Assembly: GCF_001194135.2 (NCBI RefSeq)
Contig: NC_069006.1
Coordinates: forward strand, 17,878,259 to 17,942,258
Length of the DNA: 64,000 nt
Direction of reading: 5' to 3'
Source: Octopus bimaculoides
Lineage: Eukaryota
Shown here: in pieces, positions 10,097 to 22,139 of the stretch
Numbering within the stretch: position 1 is the first letter of the stretch
How the letters are laid out: the number at the start of each line of letters is the position of its first letter
Position numbers and translations under genes: made by a program
The notes under the pieces: model-generated
Database searches by the model: none
Seen by the model: only the letters and a program-made list of their open reading frames with translations
What the model was told of the DNA's origin: nothing

Positions 10097-10876
10097 GATA
10101 CGGTTGCTGGAGGAACCCTTTNNNNNNNNNNNNNNNNNNNNNNNNNNNNNNNNNNNNNNNNNNNNNNNNNNNNNNNNNNNNNNNNNNNNNNNNNNNNNNN
10201 NNNNNNNNNNNNNNNNNNNNNNNNNNNNNNNNNNNNNNNNNNNNNNNNNNNNNNNNNNNNNNNNNNNNNNNNNNNNNNNNNNNNNNNNNNNNNNNNNNNN
10301 NNNNNNNNNNNNNNNNNNNNNNNNNNNNNNNNNNNNNNNNNNNNNNNNNNNNNNNNNNNNNNNNNNNNNNNNNNNNNNNNNNNNNNNNNNNNNNNNNNNN
10401 NNNNNNNNNNNNNNNNNNNNNNNNNNNNNNNNNNNNNNNNNNNNNNNNNNNNNNNNNNNNNNNNNNNNNNNNNNNNNNNNNNNNNNNNNNNNNNNNNNNN
10501 NNNNNNNNNNNNNNNNNNNNNNNNNNNNNNNNNNNNNNNNNNNNNNNNNNNNNNNNNNNNNNNNNNNNNNNNNNNNNNNNNNNNNNNNNNNNNNNNNNNN
10601 NNNNNNNNNNNNNNNNNNNNNNNNNNNNNNNNNNNNNNNNNNNNNNNNNNNNNNNNNNNNNNNNNNNNNNNNNNNNNNNNNNNNNNNNNNNNNNNNNNNN
10701 NNNNNNNNNNNNNNNNNNNNNNNNNNNNNNNNNNNNNNNNNNNNNNNNNNNNNNNNNNNNNNNNNNNNNNNNNNNNNNNNNNNNNNNNNNNNNNNNNNNN
10801 NNNNNNNNNNNNNNNNNNNNNNNNNNNNNNNNNNNNNNNNNNNNNNNNNNNNNNNNNNNNNNNNNNNNNNNNNNNN

Positions 10877-11196
10877 GGCGTTGTGAGTGTTTAGTGAGCG
10901 AAAACACCTAAAAGCTCCATGAGGCTCCGGCAGGGGATGGTGTCGAACCCTGCTGTACTTTTCCACCACAACTTTCTCTCACTCATACTTCCTGTTTCTG
11001 TTGTGCCTGTAATTCAAAGGGGTCAGCCGTGTCACACTGTGTCAAGCTGAATATCCCCAAGAACTACGTTAAGGGTACACGTGTCTGTGGAGTGCTCAGC
11101 CACTTGCACGTTAATTTCACGAGCAGGCTGTTCCGTTGATCGGATCGACTGGAACCCTCGACGTCGTAAGCGACGGAGTGCCAACAACAGCAACAA
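10877..11196 (+). mobile_element. SINE family C (head in gap)
   Basis: Near-identical to 37585-37895; ends GACGGAGTGCCAACAACAGCAACAAC. Confidence 0.85.
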
Positions 11197-12934
11197 CATA
11201 TATAGGCACAACGTAAAGATAGGCAAAATACCAATAAGCATTTCGTCCAATGTGTTAACAACTGCCTTAATAATAATAATAATAATAATAATTTATTGCC
11301 TCAAGAGTGATGGGTGGAAGAGCTTTACAAAGATACTTTAAAAGAATGTTAGAGGTGGGGGTGGGAGATGTAGGAGATGGGCGAAAACTATGATAACGAT
11401 CAAGATAATAGATAATAATAATAAAAATGATAATAATAATTTCTGTTTGCCATGGGGACATCAAATTAAAGGGATATTATGATATTATAGATACAGCTTT
11501 CATAAACTACAGCAGGTAATGGTGATGAGGTGGGGGTTACACAGAAATCACATTTGGAGGAACAAATTGAAGGAGAATGTGGTGGTGGTGNNNNNNNNNN
11601 NNNNNNNNNNNNNNNNNNNNNNNNNNNNNNNNNNNNNNNNNNNNNNNNNNNNNNNNNNNNNNNNNNNNNNNNNNNNNNNNNNNNNNNNNNNNNNNNNNNN
11701 NNNNNNNNNNNNNNNNNNNNNNNNNNNNNNNNNNNNNNNNNNNNNNNNNNNNNNNNNNNNNNNNNNNNNNNNNNNNNNNNNNNNNNNNNNNNNNNNNNNN
11801 NNNNNNNNNNNNNNNNNNNNNNNNNNNNNNNNNNNNNNNNNNNNNNNNNNNNNNNNNNNNNNNNNNNNNNNNNNNNNNNNNNNNNNNNNNNNNNNNNNNN
11901 NNNNNNNNNNNNNNNNNNNNNNNNNNNNNNNNNNNNNNNNNNNNNNNNNNNNNNNNNNNNNNNNNNNNNNNNNNNNNNNNNNNNNNNNNNNNNNNNNNNN
12001 NNNNNNNNNNNNNNNNNNNNNNNNNNNNNNNNNNNNNNNNNNNNNNNNNNNNNNNNNNNNNNNNNNNNNNNNNNNNNNNNNNNNNNNNNNNNNNNNNNNN
12101 NNNNNNNNNNNNNNNNNNNNNNNNNNNNNNNNNNNNNNNNNNNNNNNNNNNNNNNNNNNNNNNNNNNNNNNNNNNNNNNNNNNNNNNNNNNNNNNNNNNN
12201 NNNNNNNNNNNNNNNNNNNNNNNNNNNNNNNNNNNNNNNNNNNNNNNNNNNNNNNNNNNNNNNNNNNNNNNNNNNNNNNNNNNNNNNNNNNNNNNNNNNN
12301 NNNNNNNNNNNNNNNNNNNNNNNNNNNNNNNNNNNNNNNNNNNNNNNNNNNNNNNNNNNNNNNNNNNNNNNNNNNNNNNNNNNNNNNNNNNNNNNNNNNN
12401 NNNNNNNNNNNNNNNNGTGGTGGTGGTGGTGGTGGTGGTGGTGGTGGTGGTGGTTGTTGTTGGGGGGTTGGTGGTGGTCTGTACTCAGTGACACCAATAC
12501 TGTCTTCAGTTCCTTGTATAGCCCCTTCCATCCAGAAACTGCTTACTCATTCTTCTAGGAAGCTTTCTTATACACATGTTAGAAATAGCAGCCAAATGCC
12601 TCTCGAGTCATACCCTATCGTTTTAAACAAAAGATCTGTTGGGGAGAAAATTGTCAAGTATTCCTGACATACATACAGAAGGACAGGATAGTCAGCCTGA
12701 ACACCTTCCCATCCGGAATCTCCTCTTCTTCCTTCCCTTCTATCTTCTTTCTTTCGTCTTCTTCACATCTGTCTTCATAGTCTCTCCTCTTCTAAATCAA
12801 AATCTGTAGAGCATAAGACAAACTGAGTACAGCAACAGGCAAAAGGAGTACAATAGTAGACAAAATTGCTGGCCTTGTGCTAAACTTAGAAAGGATTATT
12901 ATTGTTATTATTATCATAAGCATTATCCAATTTA

Positions 12935-13067
12935 AATTGGTGAACTAGCAGAATCATTGGCATGCCGGACAAAATACTAAGTGGCATATTGTCCATCTTT
13001 ACGTTCTGAGTTCAAATTCCAGCAAGGTTGACTTTGCCTTTCAGGTTTTGTGCCTTTAGTAGAAAGG

Positions 13068-13135
<68 letters not shown>

Positions 13136-13164
13136 GGCAGCGTGCTGGCAGAATCGTTTACATG
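12935..13164 (+). mobile_element. Two consecutive family D SINEs joined by (ATT)n
   Basis: First copy ends AGAAAGGATTATT...; the next head AAGGCAGCGTGCTGGCAG starts at 13134, right after the (ATT)n run. Another D head follows (TAT)n at about 13655. Confidence 0.85.
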
Positions 13165-13612
13165 NNNNNNNNNNNNNNNNNNNNNNNNNNNNNNNNNNNN
13201 NNNNNNNNNNNNNNNNNNNNNNNNNNNNNNNNNNNNNNNNNNNNNNNNNNNNNNNNNNNNNNNNNNNNNNNNNNNNNNNNNNNNNNNNNNNNNNNNNNNN
13301 NNNNNNNNNNNNNNNNNNNNNNNNNNNNNNNNNNNNNNNNNNNNNNNNNNNNNNNNNNNNNNNNNNNNNNNNNNNNNNNNNNNNNNNNNNNNNNNNNNNN
13401 NNNNNNNNNNNNNNNNNNNNNNNNNNNNNNNNNNNNNNNNNNNNNNNNNNNNNNNNNNNNNNNNNNNNNNNNNNNNNNNNNNNNNNNNNNNNNNNNNNNN
13501 NNNNNNNNNNNNNNNNNNNNNNNNNNNNNNNNNNNNNNNNNNNNNNNNNNNNNNNNNNNNNNNNNNNNNNNNNNNNNNNNNNNNNNNNNNNNNNNNNNNN
13601 NNNNNNNNNNNN

Positions 13613-13656
<44 letters not shown>

Positions 13657-13701
13657 GGTGATGAGCTGGCAGAATTGTCATCATGCAAAGGCATGCACAC
13701 G

Positions 13702-13742
<41 letters not shown>

Positions 13743-13761
13743 CACGACTGACTTCTTTTCT

Positions 13762-13955
13762 CAGTTCCTGTATACCAAATCCACTCACAAGAATTTGGTT
13801 GACTCAAGCAGTTCAGCGAAAGGGACTGATAAAATAAGTACCAGCTTAAAAAAAAATAAATAATACTGGGATTAGTTCATTCAACTAAAAATTCCTCAAG
13901 GTGGTGCCCCAGCGTGGCCACAGTCTAATGACTGAAATAAGTAAAAGATAAAAGA
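13762..13955 (+). mobile_element. SINE family A, 3' part
   Basis: CCAAATCCACTCACAAG (antisense piece) then ATAAGTACCAGC...GGTGCCCCAGCGTGGCCACAGTC...GTAAAAGATAAAAGA. Confidence 0.75.
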
Positions 13956-14393
13956 TCTCTATCTATCAAGTAATCCATCTATCTGCCTACTCACAGATCT
14001 CACCTACAACCATGTACCTCTTACCTACCTTTCTATCTACCTATACATTTACCTACCTATCTAGCTATTTATGAACATACCTATTTAAATACCTACATAT
14101 CCACCCACCAACCTACCCACCCTCTCAGCTATCTATATATGTCCACTATCTAATTGTATATAACTGCTATCCCCCTTTCTCTTCTATCAAGCATATAAAC
14201 TGTATATATATGTATATATATATATATATATATATACATACACACACATACACACACATGTATATTTATACATACACCACCACCATCAATCTATACTTCT
14301 TGTAATACTCACCAGATGTCTCTGTAATGCAGTAATCTCCATGGCAGCCAACAGCTACACTCCCACCCCACTCTTACATAATGACACACCGAC

Positions 14394-14473
<80 letters not shown>

Positions 14474-15111
14474 CCAACACAGTACTGCTCTGCCAATGTT
14501 TTTAATTAGATGTCTTGCCTGGTGCACTGTGCAGATGGCCATTGCAATATGCACTTGCACTGAATGGACAGGAGACTGGGGTGGAGGTGAAGGGTGCTGT
14601 GGGGGTGGGGGTATGTGTCTCCACCTCCGGCTTACATTTGTGACCTTTTCCATGCAGTTCAACTACAACCACAACCACCACCACAGTTCAACTGTAGGCC
14701 ATACCACTGCAACCATAGTTTAACTAAAAACTCACCGTCACACAACCACCACTACCACACCACCCTCTCTACTGCTGTACAATCCTGCACCCACACACCA
14801 CCTCACCACCACCACACACCATTCTTTGTTATTGAAACCATTCCTTGAATACAATATATCATAATGATATGGTACTGTTGTTGTTCTCCTAGCTCAGGAC
14901 CTGTATGTATGATGCTGGTAGTGTTTCGGGCATCAGCTTTGTGCGTGTGTGTGTCTAAGCATTGAATATTACATCTACAAGCTTAAAGTGGGGGTGCTGG
15001 TATTTGTCTACGTAAGTCTGAGTGAGAGACAGAGAGATACAAACGGTTGAATTCCATATAGCATGGTGTATTTGCCAGAGCAAAAAATAAATTTAATATG
15101 TTTCATCATAG

Positions 15112-15315
15112 TTGCAGGCAAGGCTGTGTGGTAAGAAGCTCGCTTCCCAACCACATGGTTCCAGGTTCAGTCCCACTACCTGGTACATTGGGTAAGTGTC
15201 TTCTGCTATAGCATCGGGCCGACCAAAGCCTTGTGAGTGGATTTTGTTGATGGAAACTGAAAGAAGCTTATCGTGTTTGTCCATCCACATTCGCTTGACA
15301 TCCGTTGTTGGTGTG
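15112..15315 (+). mobile_element. SINE family A, 5' part
   Basis: GGCTGTGTGGTAAGAAGCTCGCTTCCCAACCACATGGTTCCAGGTTCAGTCCC head. Confidence 0.85.
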
Positions 15316-15499
15316 TTTGCATATACAGCACCGGTTCAGTTTAATTGAAAATGGCTTGTGTGTGTTGAGAAGTTTGCTTTGTAATAATGGTTTGATCTCT
15401 TTACATGGTGTCTTGAGCAAGTGTCTTATACTACAGTCTTGGATCAAACCAATCTTTGGAGAAATGAATCTGAAGAGACGGAAACAGTGAGGCAGCCTG

Positions 15500-16150
15500 T
15501 TAAGAAGATGCCCACTGCTAGCTCTGCCTCCCCAAGACTACTTGTAACAGCAAATGACTGAAAACTGCAAGTTAACCTAGGGAAACAGCCGAAGGTCCTA
15601 GAATCTGTCACCTCAACATTATTAAGACCGAATATGATGCTGATCTCAGAAGCATCAAAGTAGGTTGTTCTCTTGGAACTCTCCGTGCATTAGGAGGTCT
15701 GCAGTGAAGAAGCTAACAAGGGCTGGAGGAAATATGCTGAACTAGTGGAATTGTGGCAAAGTAATGGCTGGCAAGCAAGGAGTGATCCCATCAAGGTGGG
15801 ATGCAGAGGGTTTGCAAACTACTAGTCCCTCTACCGAGTTCACAGTATGTTTGGCATTTTAGGTCCAGTAGGCTGGAGGGCATTGCAGGGACCTACAGGC
15901 TGGGGGTCGGGGGCATCAGGTTGGCTGTGGAGGCAGCAGAGGTTGTTTCAAGGTGGCTGTGGATCAGAAGGTTCAAGTCCTGGAAGGGGCAGTGCTCCCA
16001 GGGGTAGAACTAACTGAACACAAGGTGGGGGCTAGATCAACCCTGGGCGGGTCACCTGGGGTGGGGGAGGTCTCTAATATTGAAAGACCCAAAACACCTA
16101 ATGACCAAAGGAAACATCACTGATGATGTGTTCAGATGCATTACAGGAGA
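15500..16150 (+). mobile_element. 5'-truncated HERO-like RLE non-LTR retrotransposon (endonuclease domain + 3' UTR), decayed
   Basis: Reads LLVTAND*KLQVNLGKQPKVLESVTSTLLRPNMMLISEASK*VVLLELSVH*EVCSEEANKGWRKYAELVELWQSNGWQARSDPIKVGCRGFA ... AVEAAEVVSRWLWIRR, fitting the HERO PD-(D/E)xK domain (LRPD..ELTVPWE..KY..EVGCRGF..SRWLW). UTR ends GAAACATCACTGATGATGTGTTC. Confidence 0.85.
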
Positions 16151-17346
16151 GTGTATGGAAAAAACCTGTAAATCAGAGAGCAGGCTATGTCACATAGTCT
16201 GTTACAGGGATCCTACCTGAGGACTATGGAATACTCAGCCACTTGCACTGTAATTTAAGGGTTAGGTTAATCAAACAACTGGAATTGCTCACCATTAAAA
16301 CAAATAGTAGATACATGTGTGTGTGTGTGAGTGCTACAGCTATACATACATTTTATATTCATATTGGGGTATGTATGTTTGTGTGTGTAACAGTTAATAT
16401 ATACACTTCCTTGTATTGGTAGATATTGGTAGAGGAGGCAGCATAAATATATTCATTTTATACTTGTGACAGCATGGTTGTTAAGAAGTTTGCTTCCCAT
16501 CCATGTGGTTTTGGGTTCAATACCTTTGTGTGGAACCTTGGGCAAGTGTTTCCTACTATAGCCCCATGTATATGTTCTAACTGTACTGTATGTTGATATT
16601 GATGAAAGAACTAACCTCAGGCATGCGTATGCATTGTTAGTTATTGATATGAGCAATGTGTAACACAATGGCAGATAAGGAGAATAAGAGAGACTTGTGG
16701 GTGGCATATTCAGGGAGGGTTGATTTCAGGTCAGGGAATTTACCACAGAGGGACCTTTTAACTAAATCTTGTTACCTGATGTTTCCTTTAGAATTTAAGA
16801 ATTTCTCTCCTTCCCACTAAGACTAACAGGATGTCAGAGAGAGAGGGGGGGCAGGATGGGTGGGAGCTGAAGTCACTCCCACTGTTATAAGCAGCAACAC
16901 TTCAGAGGGAGAGAAGAAAAGAAAAAGGCCACTTGAGAGAGCCAGACTGACAACAAAAGGACACTATAGAACAATTGACCTTCTTCAGTAGAAACTGTCT
17001 GTGTCTATTTAAACATACTTACAGTCAAGAAAGACATGTTTCAAGTGAGTTTTAGCACATTATTTATTTATAGTCAATAGAAACAACCAAACTGCCTAGG
17101 AATGCCCTCTTCTCTTTCCTCTCTAGTTCTGCCTGCCTGCTGTGGAGAGTGTCTTGTCAGATATCAACTGTTCAGTATTGCTGCCTGGTAACTCCTTGGT
17201 AACAAGGAATGGCAATTAAATATAGTTGGAGATCAGAAGTTAACATGTTTTACACTCTAAAAGCTAATTATGGCTACATAGTGTTAGTGTGTGTATGTAT
17301 GTATGTATGTATGTATGTATATTATTATGTTTATATCATTTCCGCA

Positions 17347-17628
17347 GGCACAGGCGTGGCTGTGTGGTAAGAAGCTTGCTTCCCAACCACATGATTCTAG
17401 GTTCAGTTTCACTGCATGGCACCTTGGGCAAGTGTCTTCTACTATAGTAGAAGCCCAGTGCCGCCTGACTGGCCCTCGTGCCGGCGGCACATAAAAGCAC
17501 CCACTACACTCTCTGAGTGGTTGGCGTTAGGAAGGGCATCCAGCTGTAGAAACTCTGCCAAATCAGATTGGAGCCTGGTGTAGCCATCTGGTTTCACCAG
17601 TCCGCAGTCAAATCGTCCAACCCATGCT
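17347..17628 (+). mobile_element. Family A head directly followed by family E (RTE 3' UTR) segment
   Basis: A head to CTACTATAG (about 17448), then CCAGTGCCGCCTGACTGGC...CAACCCATGC up to the gap. Confidence 0.8.
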
Positions 17629-18598
17629 NNNNNNNNNNNNNNNNNNNNNNNNNNNNNNNNNNNNNNNNNNNNNNNNNNNNNNNNNNNNNNNNNNNNNNNN
17701 NNNNNNNNNNNNNNNNNNNNNNNNNNNNNNNNNNNNNNNNNNNNNNNNNNNNNNNNNNNNNNNNNNNNNNNNNNNNNNNNNNNNNNNNNNNNNNNNNNNN
17801 NNNNNNNNNNNNNNNNNNNNNNNNNNNNNNNNNNNNNNNNNNNNNNNNNNNNNNNNNNNNNNNNNNNNNNNNNNNNNNNNNNNNNNNNNNNNNNNNNNNN
17901 NNNNNNNNNNNNNNNNNNNNNNNNNNNNNNNNNNNNNNNNNNNNNNNNNNNNNNNNNNNNNNNNNNNNNNNNNNNNNNNNNNNNNNNNNNNNNNNNNNNN
18001 NNNNNNNNNNNNNNNNNNNNNNNNNNNNNNNNNNNNNNNNNNNNNNNNNNNNNNNNNNNNNNNNNNNNNNNNNNNNNNNNNNNNNNNNNNNNNNNNNNNN
18101 NNNNNNNNNNNNNNNNNNNNNNNNNNNNNNNNNNNNNNNNNNNNNNNNNNNNNNNNNNNNNNNNNNNNNNNNNNNNNNNNNNNNNNNNNNNNNNNNNNNN
18201 NNNNNNNNNNNNNNNNNNNNNNNNNNNNNNNNNNNNNNNNNNNNNNNNNNNNNNNNNNNNNNNNNNNNNNNNNNNNNNNNNNNNNNNNNNNNNNNNNNNN
18301 NNNNNNNNNNNNNNNNNNNNNNNNNNNNNNNNNNNNNNNNNNNNNNNNNNNNNNNNNNNNNNNNNNNNNNNNNNNNNNNNNNNNNNNNNNNNNNNNNNNN
18401 NNNNNNNNNNNNNNNNNNNNNNNNNNNNNNNNNNNNNNNNNNNNNNNNNNNNNNNNNNNNNNNNNNNNNNNNNNNNNNNNNNNNNNNNNNNNNNNNNNNN
18501 NNNNNNNNNNNNNNNNNNNNNNNNNNNNNNNNNNNNNNNNNNNNNNNNNNNNNNNNNNNTAAGCAAGCTACTTACCACACAGCCACTCCTACGTCTAC

Positions 18599-18685
<87 letters not shown>

Positions 18686-18912
18686 CATAATGTAAATAGG
18701 TAGATAGAATGAATTTGATGTTGAGTACATTTGACAACAAGGTTTTGGGAGAAATTTCATCAGACACCACACAGTGATTAAATTAAGTACTAAAAACTAT
18801 GATAGTTTTCACCTCTAGGCAGGCTCTAACTAATCCAACAGAGTGAGGACCACAAGTGTTCCGGATCTGACCATCATGTCTTTTATTTACGCAGGCATGA
18901 TATATTCATATA

Positions 18913-19107
18913 CAATGGGGTGCTGAAAAGTTCCTGGCTTTGGGCAAAAGAAAACACGGGAGGATCTGTTAATTAGGATTTTATTCAACATATTCACACT
19001 TATTGCAGCGGTTTTTCTAACCCCTGTAAAAGAACTCTGAAGGGTGAGCCTTGAACCAAGCCTTTGGCGAAACCCTTAAAGCCAGGAACTGTCCAATGCC
19101 ATCTCCC
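18913..19107. mobile_element. mariner-type MITE, family J
   Basis: TA + CAATGGGGTGCTGAAAAGTTCCTGGCTTT terminus; homologous to 23460 and 40178. Confidence 0.8.
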
Positions 19108-19804
19108 ATGGGACTGAATGATCTAATTTTGTTTGTTATATGGGATTGTAAGAGTACAGCATTAACACACCTCCACATATAACCAACATAACAGCTACCA
19201 ACACATCACCACCACCACCACCATCAGCAGCAGTAATCACTGTACTTTCTTTTCCTCCTCTCCCCTTCCATTTATAATTAGTTGTGTTCATTAAAAAAGA
19301 AAAGTCTGATGACTTCATTAACTGCAAGTAGTTGTGTTTAAGTACTCCTTGGTTTCTGGAGTCCTTGACATCCTCTTCAATTGGTTTGTGGTTAATCTAC
19401 TTGCCACCCTGCTGTTGCTGCTGAGAGCTTGCCTCCTCTTCCTCCTCCTCCTCCTCCTTCCCTCCACATCATCATCATCATCTACAACAACAACAACAAC
19501 AACAAAAATGAGAGATTCTGTGAAAATTAATTGTGGAAAAACAAAAATCTGAAACTGTATGCATTCAAATATCATTTCCTGTTCACTTCTCTCAGCTGGG
19601 TGTGTGTATGTAGTGCGGGGGGTGGGTGTGACGTGGGGAGTAGATTGGGATGGAATGGCATAGGGGTCAGTAGTGGGGATGGGGGTGGAGGAGAGCAGGG
19701 AGTGTGATAAGAAGGGTTTGTTCAAAAATGTCTTCCTCCTTGCATTAAGACTTTTTTTCATTAATTGTTTATAACAATTTCTCTATACACGCATGCATAC
19801 ATAG

Positions 19805-20385
19805 CAGCTTATAAAAAGGAGTACTGGTGGTATGTCCAAGTGGAAACCTCAATAAAATGTAAGCACAATAGATCTGACATTGAGATTAGGGATTGAGAAG
19901 AGAAACTGTGTAGAGTTGTGAAAATCAATTGCCCAGCAGATGATATAACATAAGGCTAAAAGATAAGTGAAAAGGAAAATACCTTATGCTGAACTGTTGA
20001 GAAATCTGCAGTTACTCTATCCAGATTACAAGTTCAGGTTTATACCTGTAATTATTGGGGCACTGGGATATATAATACACTGCCTAAGTACCAATCTTGA
20101 GAAATTAGGTTTCTCAAAATCAGAAAGGAGAAAGCTGATTCGAGGATTGCAGGTCCAAGCCATCACTGGAACTGAACATTTGTAGAACTTTCCAGAAGTT
20201 TATCGTTTAGGTATATATGCACATACACAAGCACTGACTCTAAATATTGCACACATATGCAGATACATGCGAAAATACCCTGTCAATGTTGAAAGTTCAA
20301 TGAAGAAGCTTTGTATCTAGGTTACAAACCAGCTCTTTCTCTATTGGCAAAAAATCTTGAGGTAAAACTGATTAATGACATACCT
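19805..20385 (+). mobile_element. 5'-truncated RLE non-LTR retrotransposon (R4-related), endonuclease domain + 3' UTR
   Basis: Reads EYWWYVQVETSIKCKHNRSDIEIRD*EEKLCRVVKINCPAD...KISEKENT / YAELLRNLQLLYPDYKFRFIPVIIGALGY, i.e. the HN(R/K)PD..E(I)SCP.D..EK..Y..P.IGALG motif set. UTR ends AATGACATAC. Confidence 0.85.
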
Positions 20386-20387
20386 AA

Positions 20388-20575
20388 AAATTACAGCCAC
20401 CACCAAATTAAAACACAAGTGGCTAGATATTGTTTTGTGGACTGCAAGAAAAAGATTTGCTCTGTTGTAGAAATCAGCTGCCCTTTGACACCATTGTGGT
20501 CAAGAAAATTCAGGGGAAAGAGGACATTTGGGGACCATTGTTAAGGCATTTGCAAGTACAGTACCATTGGTAGGC
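20388..20575 (+). mobile_element. Second, more diverged RLE endonuclease fragment of the same type
   Basis: Across frameshifts reads KLKHKWLDIVLW..KKKICSVVEISCPL(D)TIVVKKIQGKEDIWGPLLRHLQVQY. Confidence 0.7.
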
Positions 20576-21003
20576 TGGTAGTGTATGTTCTAGATCTTAT
20601 ATATATATATATATATATNNNNNNNNNNNNNNNNNNNNNNNNNNNNNNNNNNNNNNNNNNNNNNNNNNNNNNNNNNNNNNNNNNNNNNNNNNNNNNNNNN
20701 NNNNNNNNNNNNNNNNNNNNNNNNNNNNNNNNNNNNNNNNNNNNNNNNNNNNNNNNNNNNNNNNNNNNNNNNNNNNNNNNNNNNNNNNNNNNNNNNNNNN
20801 NNNNNNNNNNNNNNNNNNNNNNNNNNNNNNNNNNNNNNNNNNNNNNNNNNNNNNNNNNNNNNNNNNNNNNNNNNNNNNNNNNNNNNNNNNNNNNNNNNNN
20901 NNNNNNNNNNNNNNNNNNNNNNNNNNNNNNNNNNNNNNNNNNNNNNNNNNNNNNNNNNNNNNNNNNNNNNNNNNNNNNNNNNNNNNNNNNNNNNNNNNNN
21001 NNN

Positions 21004-21037
<34 letters not shown>

Positions 21038-21126
21038 ACCACTGTTTCAGGCAGGCCAATGAAGGAAACCTTTCTACTTGTAATACCAAATTCTCCTCAA
21101 ACCGCACTCTACTGTCTTTAACAACC

Positions 21127-21560
21127 ATTTAACATTTAAACCAGCCATCGCCATATTTTGCCCAAATAGTTTGCCTGTTTTATTTACAAACTGGCCATAT
21201 TTGCCCTCTCATACTTACCCTAAAACTAAACAAACACATCATCGAAATTTCAAAGTTATGAGATAGTGCATGAATAATTGAGAACAATGTGAATAAATGA
21301 GCATTATATTTGGCAAAATAATCTGAATGTGAACAGATTTAACCTTTTGGCATATTTCTCTTGAAATACACTGGTTTTATTTTTATTTATTTTCAAAATT
21401 ATGAATAATTTATTAAAATAATTTTGTCGTTATTTAAGCTAGTGCTTGAAACATAAATCAAACTAGATTTTTGTTGGAAGGTTTTAATTTAGATCTCTTT
21501 AAAACAGGAAGTTTTGTGTCAAATAACCAGGAGTGGCGTCAGGCAGGTTGATATAAAATT
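21127..21560. mobile_element. Adjacent piggyBac-like MITEs, family H then family I, meeting at a TTAA
   Basis: Similar to 60734-60959 (H) and 646-834 (I); junction GATTTAACCTTTTGG at about 21338. Confidence 0.65.
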
Positions 21561-22139
21561 AAAGGAAAGGACACTACAGAATAATATGGATTGACCATCA
21601 TTACTTTGTTGCTGTTGTTTAACTGAGATCAGTCCTGATCAAACAGGTATAGGATCAGATGCATTCCAGATGTGACCAAGCAGACAGACAAATAATCAAA
21701 TGCATTCAGCTCATCTCACCTCCACCCCCACCCCCAACCACACCCCACATGTTCAGTGTATCTAGGACTTCATTATCAAATGTATAAGTTTAGTAGTTAA
21801 TTGATATAGTACCTAAATAATGTAATGTTCTGTTTATATATTTCTGGCCGAAATAGGATTAATGTAATGTAATGTAATATAAAGCTGAAGCAAATTAACA
21901 CCAAATATACAGTGTGTGTGTGTGTGTGTGTGTTTATTGGCTAAACTGGCAATATGACCATCCCCAAGTACAACAACATAATGTAATGTTATTTCGAAGT
22001 TATTACATATGAAAAATGTTGAGAATTTTACATGTCCACTGGTTTTCTTATGTAAATCACATGACTGAGAATATACGATCAATATACTCACTTATACGTT
22101 CACATATGATTACATATACAAACCAGCCATCAACTGTGA

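Noticed and set aside
16105-16135. Hammerhead from GAAAC and CTGATGA in the HERO UTR
   Set aside because: The motifs are only a few nt apart and form a simple hairpin, not a three-way junction.
16680-16790. Possible hammerhead ribozyme on the minus strand (GAAAC...CTGAATA)
   Set aside because: The core is mutated, and stems I and III could not be formed in any topology.
19318-19761. 147-aa minus-strand ORF
   Set aside because: Compositionally biased, spans simple repeats, and has no recognisable motif.
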